A stretch of DNA of 64,000 nt from a virus (lineage: Duplodnaviria > Caudoviricetes): positions 1-64,000 of IMG/VR virus record IMGVR_UViG_3300028293_000005. One strand, 5' to 3'. Made by a program: the position numbers and the translations under genes. Each line of letters begins with the position of its first letter. Position 1 is the first letter of the stretch. Of this stretch, positions 1 to 8,568 are shown piece after piece. The notes under the pieces were generated by a model, which saw only the letters and a list, made by a program, of their open reading frames with translations, had not been told where the DNA came from and did no database searches.

Positions 1-108
1 CATTCCTTTGTCGGCATACCAACTAAAGCCGCGGACTTTTTCAAAGTCTTCGAAGTCCACCACCGCGACCTTGCCTTGCGACAAAGGAATGAATACCTCT
101 GCATTCAT
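1..108 (-). CDS. N-terminus of HNH(-AP2) homing endonuclease, partial (runs off window)
   Basis: Hand translation MNAEVFIPLSQGKVAVVDFEDFEKVRGFSWY matches the N-termini of paralogs at 46649 and 52489 (IPLTxGxVxxxDFxDFExV); ATGA overlap with 105..350. Confidence 0.7.
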   Translation of the reverse strand, partial: MNAEVFIPLSQGKVAVVDFEDFEKVRGFSWYADKGM

Positions 109-350
109 CGCTTAAAAAGTCCTTTGAAAAAATGCCAGAGGAACGCGCCGACAAAGGCCAGCGGCACGAGCACCAGCGCCGCGGCACAGGGCACCAGGAA
201 AAACAGTGCGGCGACTGCGAACCAAAACCAGAGCGGACAGGTCACCCACCACCAGCTCCACGTGATGAAGCCAGTGAGCTTCAGCACGAGGAACACGAGG
301 AACAACAGGAACGCCGGCGAAACGCCGCTTACACGTTTGGTGTCGGACAT
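105..350 (-). CDS. small phage membrane protein (LKLTGFITWSWWWVTCPLW family)
   Basis: Hydrophobic ORF; start chosen at MSDTKR. Confidence 0.7.
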   Translation of the reverse strand: MSDTKRVSGVSPAFLLFLVFLVLKLTGFITWSWWWVTCPLWFWFAVAALFFLVPCAAALVLVPLAFVGAFLWHFFKGLFKR

Positions 351-724
351 AACACGATGGGTTGACAGAGTTGCGCTTCGCGCTGCCGGCGTTCGGCCGC
401 TTTCAACTTCAGGCATTCGGCCCACGCGGTTGCGACCGCGGCGACCTGCACCAACTCTTCGAGCAAGCGTGCATCGCTGCCTGCTTCGCAGCCGGGTTTG
501 CACGTGCGCTCACACAACACACGCGCGACTTCGCCTAGTTCCTCGGTCAGGACCGCACACTTCACCGTGTCGCTGATTGTGTCATCCGCGCACGTCGCGG
601 GAAACTTCCCCGCGGCTTTGAGTGCTTCTTGCCGGTTGCGCTCTTTGGAAATATCCGTGAGCACTTCAAACCGAAACCATTCCGGCCCCACGATTCCGTA
701 TCCGTCGATGATTAGCTTGCTCAT
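329..724 (-). CDS. MazG-like NTP pyrophosphohydrolase
   Basis: VLTEELGEVAR and EELVQVAAVA motifs. Confidence 0.75.
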   Translation of the reverse strand: MSKLIIDGYGIVGPEWFRFEVLTDISKERNRQEALKAAGKFPATCADDTISDTVKCAVLTEELGEVARVLCERTCKPGCEAGSDARLLEELVQVAAVATAWAECLKLKAAERRQREAQLCQPIVLCPTPNV

Positions 725-1551
725 ACGCTGGGCAGCGGGTCGTTGTCGATGGGTTCACCGGTGATGGCGTCCACTTCTTGCTCGCCCGTCGGGAGCGCGT
801 CAAAAGCGTTGGCATCGGCCTGGGACGATTCACGCGCGGCCTTGGCGGCGGCGGCTTCGGCCTGTTGCTGCAGCATCGCGTTGAAGTAAACGTTGATTGC
901 CTGCGCGATAAGGTCCGCGCAAAACTTGTCACGCGCGATAGCGAAGGGCTGGTTGTCGTGCGTTGCCAGATATTTCTGGGTCCACACAGCGCCAGCTGGG
1001 AGGTTCTTCGGCGCCGGCCGGTCAGCCACCTTGACGAACGTGCCGTCAGGCGCGGGATTGAAAACAAGTTTCGGCGGTTCGGGCTGCGCCGGCACTGGCC
1101 GCGGGTCTGCGATGGGCTGGCCCTGCGCGTTGACTGGTTGGATTAAATTACTCATCGGCTTGGTCTGTTGGTTTGCTGTCAGTTCGTTTAACTGGCGTTG
1201 CAGGTTTGCTATCTGGTTCTGCAAAGATTGGTTCCCACTGGGCGCCGGGTTCGTCGCCACGCTTTTGGTAGGCGTAAGGTCGCGGACCGGAACAGCGCCG
1301 CGTAATGGTTGCTGTTGTTGCATCGTCTGGCGCTGACGCAGCGGCGCCGGCGCTCTCCGGCTCCCCGGGATTGGCTCCCGTTGATTGAACGCTGCCGCTG
1401 ATGACTTGATTAATTCCCTCGCGCTGGGCGGCGTGACTTTTTCTGCGAGTGCTCGTAGGTTTCGCCTTTCGCGTTCGAGTTGTGCGACGCTATCGTTGAA
1501 TATGGGTTGGATAGGTCCTTCAGGAGGCGGACCCTTCAAGTCGTCACTCAT
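721..1551 (-). CDS. hypothetical Q/P-rich protein
   Basis: 276-aa ORF overlapping both neighbours. Confidence 0.65.
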   Translation of the reverse strand: MSDDLKGPPPEGPIQPIFNDSVAQLERERRNLRALAEKVTPPSARELIKSSAAAFNQREPIPGSRRAPAPLRQRQTMQQQQPLRGAVPVRDLTPTKSVATNPAPSGNQSLQNQIANLQRQLNELTANQQTKPMSNLIQPVNAQGQPIADPRPVPAQPEPPKLVFNPAPDGTFVKVADRPAPKNLPAGAVWTQKYLATHDNQPFAIARDKFCADLIAQAINVYFNAMLQQQAEAAAAKAARESSQADANAFDALPTGEQEVDAITGEPIDNDPLPSV

Positions 1552-1786
1552 CGGTCAGAGATTTTCGTTTGCGTTGCTCCACTTCAAAACAAAACAAGCG
1601 AGTGTGCAGGTTATACACCTGCCGCTCTAGTTCTGATTGCCGCTTCACGAGGTTGAACCACGTGCGGCTACCACTCGGACCTTCCGGCCCCTGCGGTCCC
1701 GGAACGCCGGGAGTTCCTTGCGGACCCTGGCGGCATAGAAGCGCGCCCGCAATACAGCCGAAGAGGAAAAAGAACAGTATGGTCAT
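1544..1786 (-). CDS. small membrane protein with short collagen-like tract
   Basis: N-terminal hydrophobic helix then GPQGTPGVPGPQGPEGPSG; ATGA overlap. Confidence 0.6.
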   Translation of the reverse strand: MTILFFFLFGCIAGALLCRQGPQGTPGVPGPQGPEGPSGSRTWFNLVKRQSELERQVYNLHTRLFCFEVEQRKRKSLTDE

Positions 1787-1983
1787 AACTTTGGAAACCC
1801 GCAGGGGAACTTGCGCGCGTGGTCCCGGTCGTCCAGCGTAGTGGCGAGCCAGAAAACAAAAGCGGTGAGGCGAGAGTAACACCATGGGCCAGTGAGCCAG
1901 CCGCGCTTGGCCAGGAACGCGCCGGGAGTGACGCGGAACATTTTTATTCCGGGAGTGAAGCCGAAGGTGTATTCGATTGTCAT
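1783..1983 (-). CDS. hypothetical protein
   Basis: MTIEYTFGF start, ATGA overlaps both sides. Confidence 0.5.
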   Translation of the reverse strand: MTIEYTFGFTPGIKMFRVTPGAFLAKRGWLTGPWCYSRLTAFVFWLATTLDDRDHARKFPCGFPKL

Positions 1984-2216
1984 ACGCTCAAGTCGTGGCC
2001 CTCGGGCATCGTGAAGCAGCCGCGGTGATACATCACGTTCATTGGTTTCTTCTTGGTGCCACGCAGGTGTTGCCACACCCAGAATTTTCGGGGAACATGA
2101 ACGTCGCGCCTCACTGGTCCGCGGTTCCCTCCCAACAATTCTACAGCCTGCCTGAGGGTATTCGCCTCGCAGGTTCCACCATCGCGAAACTCAATAAAAA
2201 TTTTCTTGTCGTTCAT
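1980..2216 (-). CDS. hypothetical protein
   Basis: MNDKKIFIEF start 8 nt downstream of promoter motif. Confidence 0.6.
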   Translation of the reverse strand: MNDKKIFIEFRDGGTCEANTLRQAVELLGGNRGPVRRDVHVPRKFWVWQHLRGTKKKPMNVMYHRGCFTMPEGHDLSV

Positions 2217-2224
2217 TCTATCTT

Positions 2225-2254
2225 TACCAGTGGAGACTTTTCCGAAAATGTTAA
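2225..2254 (-). promoter_or_regulatory. phage promoter motif TTAACA-N16-CACTGGTA
   Basis: Recurrent motif; -35 contains TAA stop of 2251..3129. Confidence 0.75.
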
Positions 2255-3129
2255 GTGGTTTCTTTCCACACCGCTGTAGAGGCCTCAAGCTTCGCGGCGT
2301 CTTTCGCGGGCAATGATGTCATGCGCGTGAGTTGTTTAGCAAACCAAGATTTTTTCGGGAAGCGTTTGAAGGTGTCCGGCAGTCTCCCCGCCCTGCGTGC
2401 CTCCATGCAATGCTTGGCGTATTCCGATTGATTCTGCAGCCAGCAAGAAAGGTGTTCGTAAAAAGGCGCGATAAGCCCCAGGGCATCGTCAGAGTCCAAC
2501 GCATCGCCCTGTTGTGCTTCGAGCACTTTGAGATTGAATGCGACCGATGTTTTATCGTTCCACACCCCAACACGAACGCGGCCGTCCAGACAACCACGAA
2601 AAACAAGATGCGCCTTGATGCGGTCAACCTCGTCGGCCAGCTGCGCGGGCGTGAACCCGTGCGTGTTGGTGTTCTTATAAACTCCCAGGCGCGTCTGCAG
2701 GCGAATTATCCAGCGGCTGAGTTTGCTGCACCAAGCCACGCCCATCACGCGCCGCGGTGCGGGCCAGTCGTTGTTCGGGCCATGCCACAGCGGCAGGCGG
2801 TTTTCGTAACCAATGGCTTCGACTCGTTGTGCCCGTGTCTTAGGCTTGGCTGCCGGCGCGCCGGATGCCGCGGGCTGAGGTTCCAAGGCAGCCGCGTCTA
2901 TGTCCGCATACCACTTTGCGTGGTTCTCGGGCTTCATGCGGACTTCGCTTATGATGATGCGAAGGCGGCGCGCCAGGGATTCCGCCTGCTCCCGGCGTTG
3001 CTGCACCTGCGGATGGTCCGGACCCCAGTCCGCGGAGTAGCGGCGAACGTCCTTCCACAGGCCGCGTATTCGTTCGATTTCGTTACGCCAACCAACGCGC
3101 CGGCTCATCTCGCCTCGTCGTATCTTCAT
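2251..3129 (-). CDS. hypothetical protein (possible AP2-like segment GVAWCSKLSRWIIRL)
   Basis: Start MKIRRG 8 nt after promoter motif; upstream in-frame part crosses the AT repeat and is likely non-coding. Confidence 0.65.
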   Translation of the reverse strand: MKIRRGEMSRRVGWRNEIERIRGLWKDVRRYSADWGPDHPQVQQRREQAESLARRLRIIISEVRMKPENHAKWYADIDAAALEPQPAASGAPAAKPKTRAQRVEAIGYENRLPLWHGPNNDWPAPRRVMGVAWCSKLSRWIIRLQTRLGVYKNTNTHGFTPAQLADEVDRIKAHLVFRGCLDGRVRVGVWNDKTSVAFNLKVLEAQQGDALDSDDALGLIAPFYEHLSCWLQNQSEYAKHCMEARRAGRLPDTFKRFPKKSWFAKQLTRMTSLPAKDAAKLEASTAVWKETT

Positions 3130-3137
3130 GTCATCTT

Positions 3138-3168
3138 TACCAGTGGAGCGGTTTGCCCAAAAAGTAAA
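3138..3168 (-). promoter_or_regulatory. degenerate promoter motif TTTACT-N17-CACTGGTA
   Basis: Same CACTGGTA box, 8 nt before ATG. Confidence 0.55.
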
Positions 3169-3218
3169 GGTCCTAGACGTCCACCAAAACCTGTGACAGC
3201 GGGAAGTGCCTCTGCTCC

Positions 3219-3235
3219 ATATATATATATATATA
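3219..3235. repeat. (AT)8 dinucleotide run
   Basis: atatatatatatatata in the divergent intergenic region. Confidence 0.95.
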
Positions 3236-3328
3236 CTTCTTCTAAGGTAGTTATAAGTCAAGTGAGATTTAGCTGTCACAGGTTGGAGTGGACGTCTACT
3301 TATGTAAGTGTCTGGGAATCGAGGTATG

Positions 3329-3435
3329 GAGGTCCCCGGTCCCAGGTGCGAAATGGACCGCATGGGCCTTTTCGTTTTCTATGCGCGTGGCATTTTGCAC
3401 GACTTCCCCGGTCCCCGTAGCGAGGTCCCCGGTCC
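3329..3435 (+). repeat. three copies of (GAGG)TCCCCGGTCC, iteron-like
   Basis: Copies at 3329, 3405 (core only) and 3422. Confidence 0.8.
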
Positions 3436-3479
3436 GAATGACGAGGTCAGGGTTGCAAATTGCACGGTCAACTGTGGCC

Positions 3480-3509
3480 TTGACTTTTGACCGTGGCGCC
3501 CCACTTATT
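3480..3509 (+). promoter_or_regulatory. promoter motif TTGACT-N16-CACTTATT
   Basis: 6 nt before ATG 3516. Confidence 0.7.
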
Positions 3510-3515
3510 CATTGT

Positions 3516-3671
3516 ATGGACCCGAAAGACATCGAGCGCCAACTTTTCAAGTGTGCGCCGCAGGCTGCCAAGGACCTGAACGCAAAGGCCAAGAAGCTAA
3601 TACGCGCAACGAAACGCAAGCAATGGTGGGACGCACACGCGACTGACCGAGCACGCAAACCCCTGGGCTGA
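3516..3671 (+). CDS. small basic hypothetical protein
   Basis: MDPKDIERQLF; directly after promoter. Confidence 0.6.
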   Translation: MDPKDIERQLFKCAPQAAKDLNAKAKKLIRATKRKQWWDAHATDRARKPLG

Positions 3672-3674
3672 TTT

Positions 3675-4154
3675 ATGATAGAGAATTGTCCTCATTTTGT
3701 GTATGCGCTGGTCGACCCGCTCGACCTCGGGAACATCCGCTATATTGGCCAAACCTCCTCCCTTCCCGGTCGAATGGCCAGTCATCGCCTATTTACGAGG
3801 CGTCCGAGACGAGAACCGCTTTATGCGTGGTGGACTGGGTTGAGCCAGGAACCTGTGATGCGGGTGCTGTGGCAAGGCACCGCGGCCCAAGTTGATGAAG
3901 CGGAGACGCGAGCTATCCGCGGATATCGCGCTTTAGGTTTTGAATTATTGAACCAAGGCGATGGCGGCGCCGGCAATCGCGGGCGAAAGCCAACGGAAGA
4001 CACTCGTCGTAAGCTATCGCAATCCTTGCGCGCGGTTTATGCGGCCCCTGAATACAAGGCTGGACTGAAGAAGCCTTGGACGCCGGAGCGTCGCAAACGA
4101 CAAGCGGAACTTGCTCGCAATAGACCTCGACACAATGGCAAATTTGGTGTATGA
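3675..4154 (+). CDS. GIY-YIG homing endonuclease
   Basis: FVYALVDP...IRYIGQT, E and LLNQGDGG motifs, NUMOD-like tail. Confidence 0.85.
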   Translation: MIENCPHFVYALVDPLDLGNIRYIGQTSSLPGRMASHRLFTRRPRREPLYAWWTGLSQEPVMRVLWQGTAAQVDEAETRAIRGYRALGFELLNQGDGGAGNRGRKPTEDTRRKLSQSLRAVYAAPEYKAGLKKPWTPERRKRQAELARNRPRHNGKFGV

Positions 4155-4879
4155 AGCTGAATAAGAACAGGTTAGACGTCAGCCAAATTCTCTTGGTTTT
4201 TGTAGCCATGGTGGGAGATGTGCACCGAACTGCGGCGGCCCTCGATATGGACCCGGCAATCGTTCGAAAGCTCGCAGACCAAGAGGGATGGGACGCGAAA
4301 ATTCAACGCGTCACAATGCTGTCGAAGTCCGGCCGTCCAGGCGATTTCGAAAAAGCTCAAAACCGTGCGCTCGCTTTTTGTCAGGGGCATAGAATCCGTT
4401 CTTTGATAGACCGCGTCATCACACACTTTAACGACATGACCGAAGCAGAGATTGTCAGCGAAATAACGGCCACAGGCAAGAACGGTGTGCGTCACGTCTC
4501 AGCCCGATTTTTCACCGACTTGGCCGCGGCAGCTGAGAAGGCGAACAATCTCACGTTCGTGGCGCTGGACGACACCGTGACGGCCCGCGCCGGCCGCGAC
4601 GATGAACCGGACCAGATGAACGCAAGTGCCTTGCACGCCGCAGTGATGGCGTCGTTGAACACGCCCGGCGGCACAACTAAGGCGGCGGATGTAATCGTGC
4701 GCGAGCTTGCGGACGAAACGGCACAAGTGTGCCAAAATGTCACACCTAAGGCTGAGCGAACCGAGCCCGAGACGCCTCGACTTTTGACCGCTGATGGGTG
4801 TCCAAGTGTCCAACCGGTGCCCGCGGAGCCCGTTATCGGTAACGCCAGCCCGTCGGACCCCGGTCCAAGCACCTCGTGA
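4151..4879 (+). CDS. putative terminase small subunit
   Basis: N-terminal HTH-like segment (RTAAALDMDPAIVRKLA), helical core, early in packaging-strand block; not adjacent to terL. Confidence 0.45.
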   Translation: MKLNKNRLDVSQILLVFVAMVGDVHRTAAALDMDPAIVRKLADQEGWDAKIQRVTMLSKSGRPGDFEKAQNRALAFCQGHRIRSLIDRVITHFNDMTEAEIVSEITATGKNGVRHVSARFFTDLAAAAEKANNLTFVALDDTVTARAGRDDEPDQMNASALHAAVMASLNTPGGTTKAADVIVRELADETAQVCQNVTPKAERTEPETPRLLTADGCPSVQPVPAEPVIGNASPSDPGPSTS

Positions 4880-5183
4880 CACGCAACTTGTGCAGCGCAA
4901 CGCGTTACGCGTCACCAGTGTGGCCATCACAGGCAACAAATCACCCCGGCAAGAGTTGCCTAGTGCCTCGGACCGTGGTGTCCAGGACCAGGACAGTGGA
5001 CCTAGGACCGGGTCACTCGTGCGGAGGCCTGGGCGACAAGGACTTCGGTGCACTAGGCAAGCACCGCAGTTATCGTGCCAACTTTCGAGGTCCCCCCACG
5101 GGGGCGGCGGGGGCCGGCGCGCTCGCTCAGCCAACCGCGCGCGATTTGAAAAAAGTCCCTCGCGCGGGACACTTTGACACTTT

Positions 5184-5456
5184 ATGAGCCAAAATGACAC
5201 ACCCCTGCCCAGCGGAACGGGAACCCCATGCCCGGTCTGTGGCAACCCCATCCCCCCAGCCCCGCGCTATGCGCTTCTCTACCGTGACCATCACTACGTC
5301 ATCAAGGACGAGGTCCTCGACCTGAATCTCTTTTTCCTGGCAGAGTCCGGCTTCGGACCGAGGACCTCGGACATCGAGCTGGCGGAACGAGTCGTGGCGT
5401 TTCTCAACCAGACAGAACCGTCGCTTAACAATCGGTCAGGAGGTCCCACTTCTTAG
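5184..5456 (+). CDS. hypothetical protein with CPVCG zinc knuckle
   Basis: CxxC motif. Confidence 0.6.
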   Translation: MSQNDTPLPSGTGTPCPVCGNPIPPAPRYALLYRDHHYVIKDEVLDLNLFFLAESGFGPRTSDIELAERVVAFLNQTEPSLNNRSGGPTS

Positions 5457-5459
5457 GTA

Positions 5460-5903
5460 ATGAGCAACCCATACGGTGACCTTCAAACTCACCTCGGCAC
5501 AGAAGTCGCGGCACTCGTCACGCCCCTCCCCGTCGTTATCACCCCGGCAGCCCCCAGCCCTTTGCCGGCGTCCGTTTTGCAGCGCGCGGTCGTGGCCAAC
5601 GACAGCGGGGACACAGAACTCGCGCCAGCAACACCCGGCAAAGTGCACAAGGTGCTCGGCTGGCTTTTGGCCTTTTCGAACACGGACGGTGAAGAGGACC
5701 ACACGATGGAGCTGTTGTCGAACGGCAACGCGCTCACCGGGCAGATGCCCGTGAACGTCGGCGGCACCGCGTCCGTCCCGCTCGTCGTTCCGCCCACGCT
5801 GCCGGTGCCCATCGTGCAGACCGCTGCCGGAGAGGCTTTGGTGTTGCGGATGACCAACGCGTCCGCACACGGCGTTTTGATTTTCATCACCGAACCCGCA
5901 TGA
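5460..5903 (+). CDS. beta-rich protein paralogous to C-terminal domain of 6104..7216
   Basis: Shared HKVLG, TGQM, QTAxGE and G-x-L-x-(F/Y)-x-TE motifs. Confidence 0.75.
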   Translation: MSNPYGDLQTHLGTEVAALVTPLPVVITPAAPSPLPASVLQRAVVANDSGDTELAPATPGKVHKVLGWLLAFSNTDGEEDHTMELLSNGNALTGQMPVNVGGTASVPLVVPPTLPVPIVQTAAGEALVLRMTNASAHGVLIFITEPA

Positions 5904-6088
5904 GACTTTGCCAGCGGCTGTCTGACCCTGAAATCTGCCAACTGCAGCAGGTCATGCTTCACGAGGGGCTCCTTCCCTCGGCAATCCAGAATCCGGGCGC
6001 GCTCACTGAACTTTTAGGCAAGGGACTCATTCGAATAGAGTATGGCCGATATTGGCCGAATTGGGAAGCCTTACGAAATACGGAATAA
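5900..6088 (+). CDS. hypothetical protein
   Basis: ATGA-coupled 62-aa ORF. Confidence 0.55.
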   Translation: MRLCQRLSDPEICQLQQVMLHEGLLPSAIQNPGALTELLGKGLIRIEYGRYWPNWEALRNTE

Positions 6089-6103
6089 CATCAGCCAATC
6101 CCA

Positions 6104-7216
6104 ATGCCCGATTCCGAGTGGAAATTCGGCGACAGCGAATACGACATCTGGCGCAAGATGCTTTTGCGCCTGGGTGAAATCCGTTCGGCGGTCCTTCTTA
6201 CGCCCGCCTCTCAGCCTCCCCCCGATATGACAGACGTTAGACTCAAGGACGCGTCCGCGTCTCAATTTGCCAAAGTGACCCCCGCCGGGGCAGTTGAAGT
6301 TGAGGTGTCCAACTTTCCGCCGGCTCCGGAATTCCCTTCCGAGATATCGGTCAACAACTTCCCGGCCAACCAGCAGGTTACCGTCGTTAACTTCCCGGCG
6401 ACACAACCGGTCAGCGGCACCTTGTCGGTGGACAACTTCCCCTCGGCTTTTGCAGTTAATAACTTTCCCAGCACGCAGCCGGTCACGGGGGCGGTGGACG
6501 TAAACAACTTCCCAGCGACCCAGCCGGTAAGCGGGACGGTCGCGGTAAACAATTTTCCCGCGCCGGTAACCGACGTTTCGGTGAACAACTTCCCGGCGAA
6601 TCAGAATGTTTCTGTCACGAACTTCCCGGCGCCGGTAACCTCAGTCGCGGTGAATAACTTTCCCGCTACGCAAAACATCTCCGGCTCGGTTGCGGTCAAT
6701 AACTTTCCGGCTTCGACGGCGGTCAACAACTTCCCCGCCACGCAAAACGTTTCCGGCTCGGTGGCCGTGACTAATTTCCCGGCACCAGTCACGTCAGTGG
6801 CGGTCAACAATTTTCCAGCGACCCAGCCGGTCAGCGCGGCGTCCCTGCCGCTGCCCGTCGGTGCGGCGACTGAAGCCACGCTTGCTAAAATCCCGACGAC
6901 GAACTATGGCAAGTCTGTCAATTATTTTTCCCTCGCGCAGGGTGCCGCAGGCACAACGGTCATCGCGGCAGCGAGCCCTGGCAACCGGCACAAGGTTTTG
7001 GGGTTCATTGTGACGGCGGCAGCGAACGCCACGGTCCAGTTTTTGTCCGCGGCGAATCCCATTACCGGCCAGATGGACATTGTAGCCCGAGGCAACCTGA
7101 CGATGACGGTGAACCCCGTGATGGTGGTGTTCCAGACGGCGGTCGGGGAATCCCTTAGCATCGTCTCTATAGGCGGTGCCGCCAAAGGGTTTCTTGTTTA
7201 TTTGACGGAGGCCTAA
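6104..7216 (+). CDS. putative virion fibre/decoration protein with 14 V-x-N-F-P repeats
   Basis: Repeat body plus C-terminal beta domain plus N-terminal GDSE motif. Confidence 0.8.
   Translation: MPDSEWKFGDSEYDIWRKMLLRLGEIRSAVLLTPASQPPPDMTDVRLKDASASQFAKVTPAGAVEVEVSNFPPAPEFPSEISVNNFPANQQVTVVNFPATQPVSGTLSVDNFPSAFAVNNFPSTQPVTGAVDVNNFPATQPVSGTVAVNNFPAPVTDVSVNNFPANQNVSVTNFPAPVTSVAVNNFPATQNISGSVAVNNFPASTAVNNFPATQNVSGSVAVTNFPAPVTSVAVNNFPATQPVSAASLPLPVGAATEATLAKIPTTNYGKSVNYFSLAQGAAGTTVIAAASPGNRHKVLGFIVTAAANATVQFLSAANPITGQMDIVARGNLTMTVNPVMVVFQTAVGESLSIVSIGGAAKGFLVYLTEA
6304..6834 (+). repeat. coding tandem repeat V-x-N-F-P-(A/S/P), 14 units
   Basis: Counted in translation; synonymous divergence in DNA. 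Confidence 0.9.
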
Positions 7217-7332
7217 TCCCCAAAGATAACAGCCGCGACGGTTAGCCCGAGGATGATGCCGATACCAAGGATGGTGAGGGCCTGCCAGATAGTGACATAC
7301 CTAAGAGGTGGCGCGCTTTTCTTGCTTTTCAT
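7213..7332 (-). CDS. small single-TM peptide, antisense to block
   Basis: MKSKKSAPP...ILGIGIILGLTVAAVIFGD. Confidence 0.45.
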   Translation of the reverse strand: MKSKKSAPPLRYVTIWQALTILGIGIILGLTVAAVIFGD

Positions 7333-7397
7333 ACCGGGGGAAGTCCCCCTGATTTGACACCCGGCGGCAAGTGTGCGATATTGGGAAGTGGAAAAAC

Positions 7398-7427
7398 TTG
7401 ACAATCCCAAAATCTGTGGCACTGGTA
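7398..7427 (+). promoter_or_regulatory. promoter motif TTGACA-N16-CACTGGTA
   Basis: 10 nt before ATG 7438. Confidence 0.8.
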
Positions 7428-7437
7428 AGAGTAGAAT

Positions 7438-7791
7438 ATGAGCGACGAAAAAATCCCAACCCTTGAAGAAATGCGCGACCGTTATCTCGTGCTGCGCGAC
7501 GCCAATGACTCCCGCATCGGCCGGCTGGTTGCGGACGTCGCGGCGGAATGGATAGCCGCGGCTGAGCGCAAACTGCTCGCGGTCTACGGTGGCACGGACC
7601 CCTACTCAAACATCACGGCGTATGCGCGCAATCTGCAGCACCGCAACCTGGGTTTTGACGAGGGCGACATTATCAACCGCGCCGCCCTTGCTGTCTCCTC
7701 GGAGTTTTGCTGCCGGGGCTTCCAGGCGCGCGTCATCCACTTGACTTCGGACGTGGGTGTGCGAGTTTCCTGGGACCCGAACGGAGACTAA
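7438..7791 (+). CDS. hypothetical protein
   Basis: ORF after promoter. Confidence 0.7.
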   Translation: MSDEKIPTLEEMRDRYLVLRDANDSRIGRLVADVAAEWIAAAERKLLAVYGGTDPYSNITAYARNLQHRNLGFDEGDIINRAALAVSSEFCCRGFQARVIHLTSDVGVRVSWDPNGD

Positions 7792-7792
7792 C

Positions 7793-7984
7793 ATGAGAAC
7801 CAAACCGCAATACAAAGTTCAATTCAAGAATCACGACGCCTGGGAAGAAAGCTTCAATGCCGAGGGAACCTACGACTCAGCGCGAGAAGCCCGCGCCGCC
7901 GCGAACCGTTTTGGCGCGCCCAAGCGTCAATACCGCATCACCAAACTCGTGGTGGTCGGGAAGCCCTTTTTTCCCTCCCGCTAA
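7793..7984 (+). CDS. hypothetical protein
   Basis: MRTKPQY start, tightly packed. Confidence 0.6.
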   Translation: MRTKPQYKVQFKNHDAWEESFNAEGTYDSAREARAAANRFGAPKRQYRITKLVVVGKPFFPSR

Positions 7985-8154
7985 TGTTTAGCCTTGCAAC
8001 AATCCAGCGCATGAACGCGGTCGCCGAGCTGCGCAAGCTGCGCCGTCGTGCCAGGGCACTAAACGCCAAGAACAAGAAACACCCGAAGAACGCCGAGAAG
8101 ACCGGCGCCTTTGACCCGGCACTCAACCGCTACCTGCAAGATAACGACCAATGA
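7984..8154 (+). CDS. small basic hypothetical protein (56 aa)
   Basis: Hand translation MFSLATIQRMNAVAELRKL...; TAATG and ATGA overlaps. Confidence 0.55.
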   Translation: MFSLATIQRMNAVAELRKLRRRARALNAKNKKHPKNAEKTGAFDPALNRYLQDNDQ

Positions 8155-8540
8155 AGACCAAAGTATCAAAGAAAAAACTAAAGAAGGCCCGAGTAAAGTC
8201 GCCGGCCCGCACCCATATCTTTTACCCGCCTGTCATCCAGGCCGACGGGCCGAACGTCCGGTCAGTCGCCGAGCTGGAGACGCCGCACCTCTTCTTCTGG
8301 AAGACGAAGGCCGGGGAAATCCTTCGCCTCACCGACATGCAGCTCGACCACCTGCTCAACGCGAGGTCCCTGCTGCGCCGCCGCATCGTCCGGATGAATC
8401 AGGTCGAATTGGTGATGACCCGCGAAATCCGCAAGCGCACCGGTTCGGAGTTGAAGTTGTATGGGGCGCGTCTCACGACTACGTGGTGCAAAGGTTCTCC
8501 AACGTGTGGTCGGAAATCCACCACACTCAAGACGCGGTGA
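8151..8540 (+). CDS. conserved phage protein (WKTKxGExxxLxDMxxDHLxN type)
   Basis: Recognisable phage motif; function unknown. Confidence 0.65.
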   Translation: MKTKVSKKKLKKARVKSPARTHIFYPPVIQADGPNVRSVAELETPHLFFWKTKAGEILRLTDMQLDHLLNARSLLRRRIVRMNQVELVMTREIRKRTGSELKLYGARLTTTWCKGSPTCGRKSTTLKTR

Positions 8541-8568
8541 GCAAACTGCAATCGAAACGGGGCAACCG

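Noticed and set aside
2251-3363. 370-aa ORF as called
   Set aside because: N-terminal 78 codons run through the (AT)8 tract and promoter motif; start reassigned to 3129
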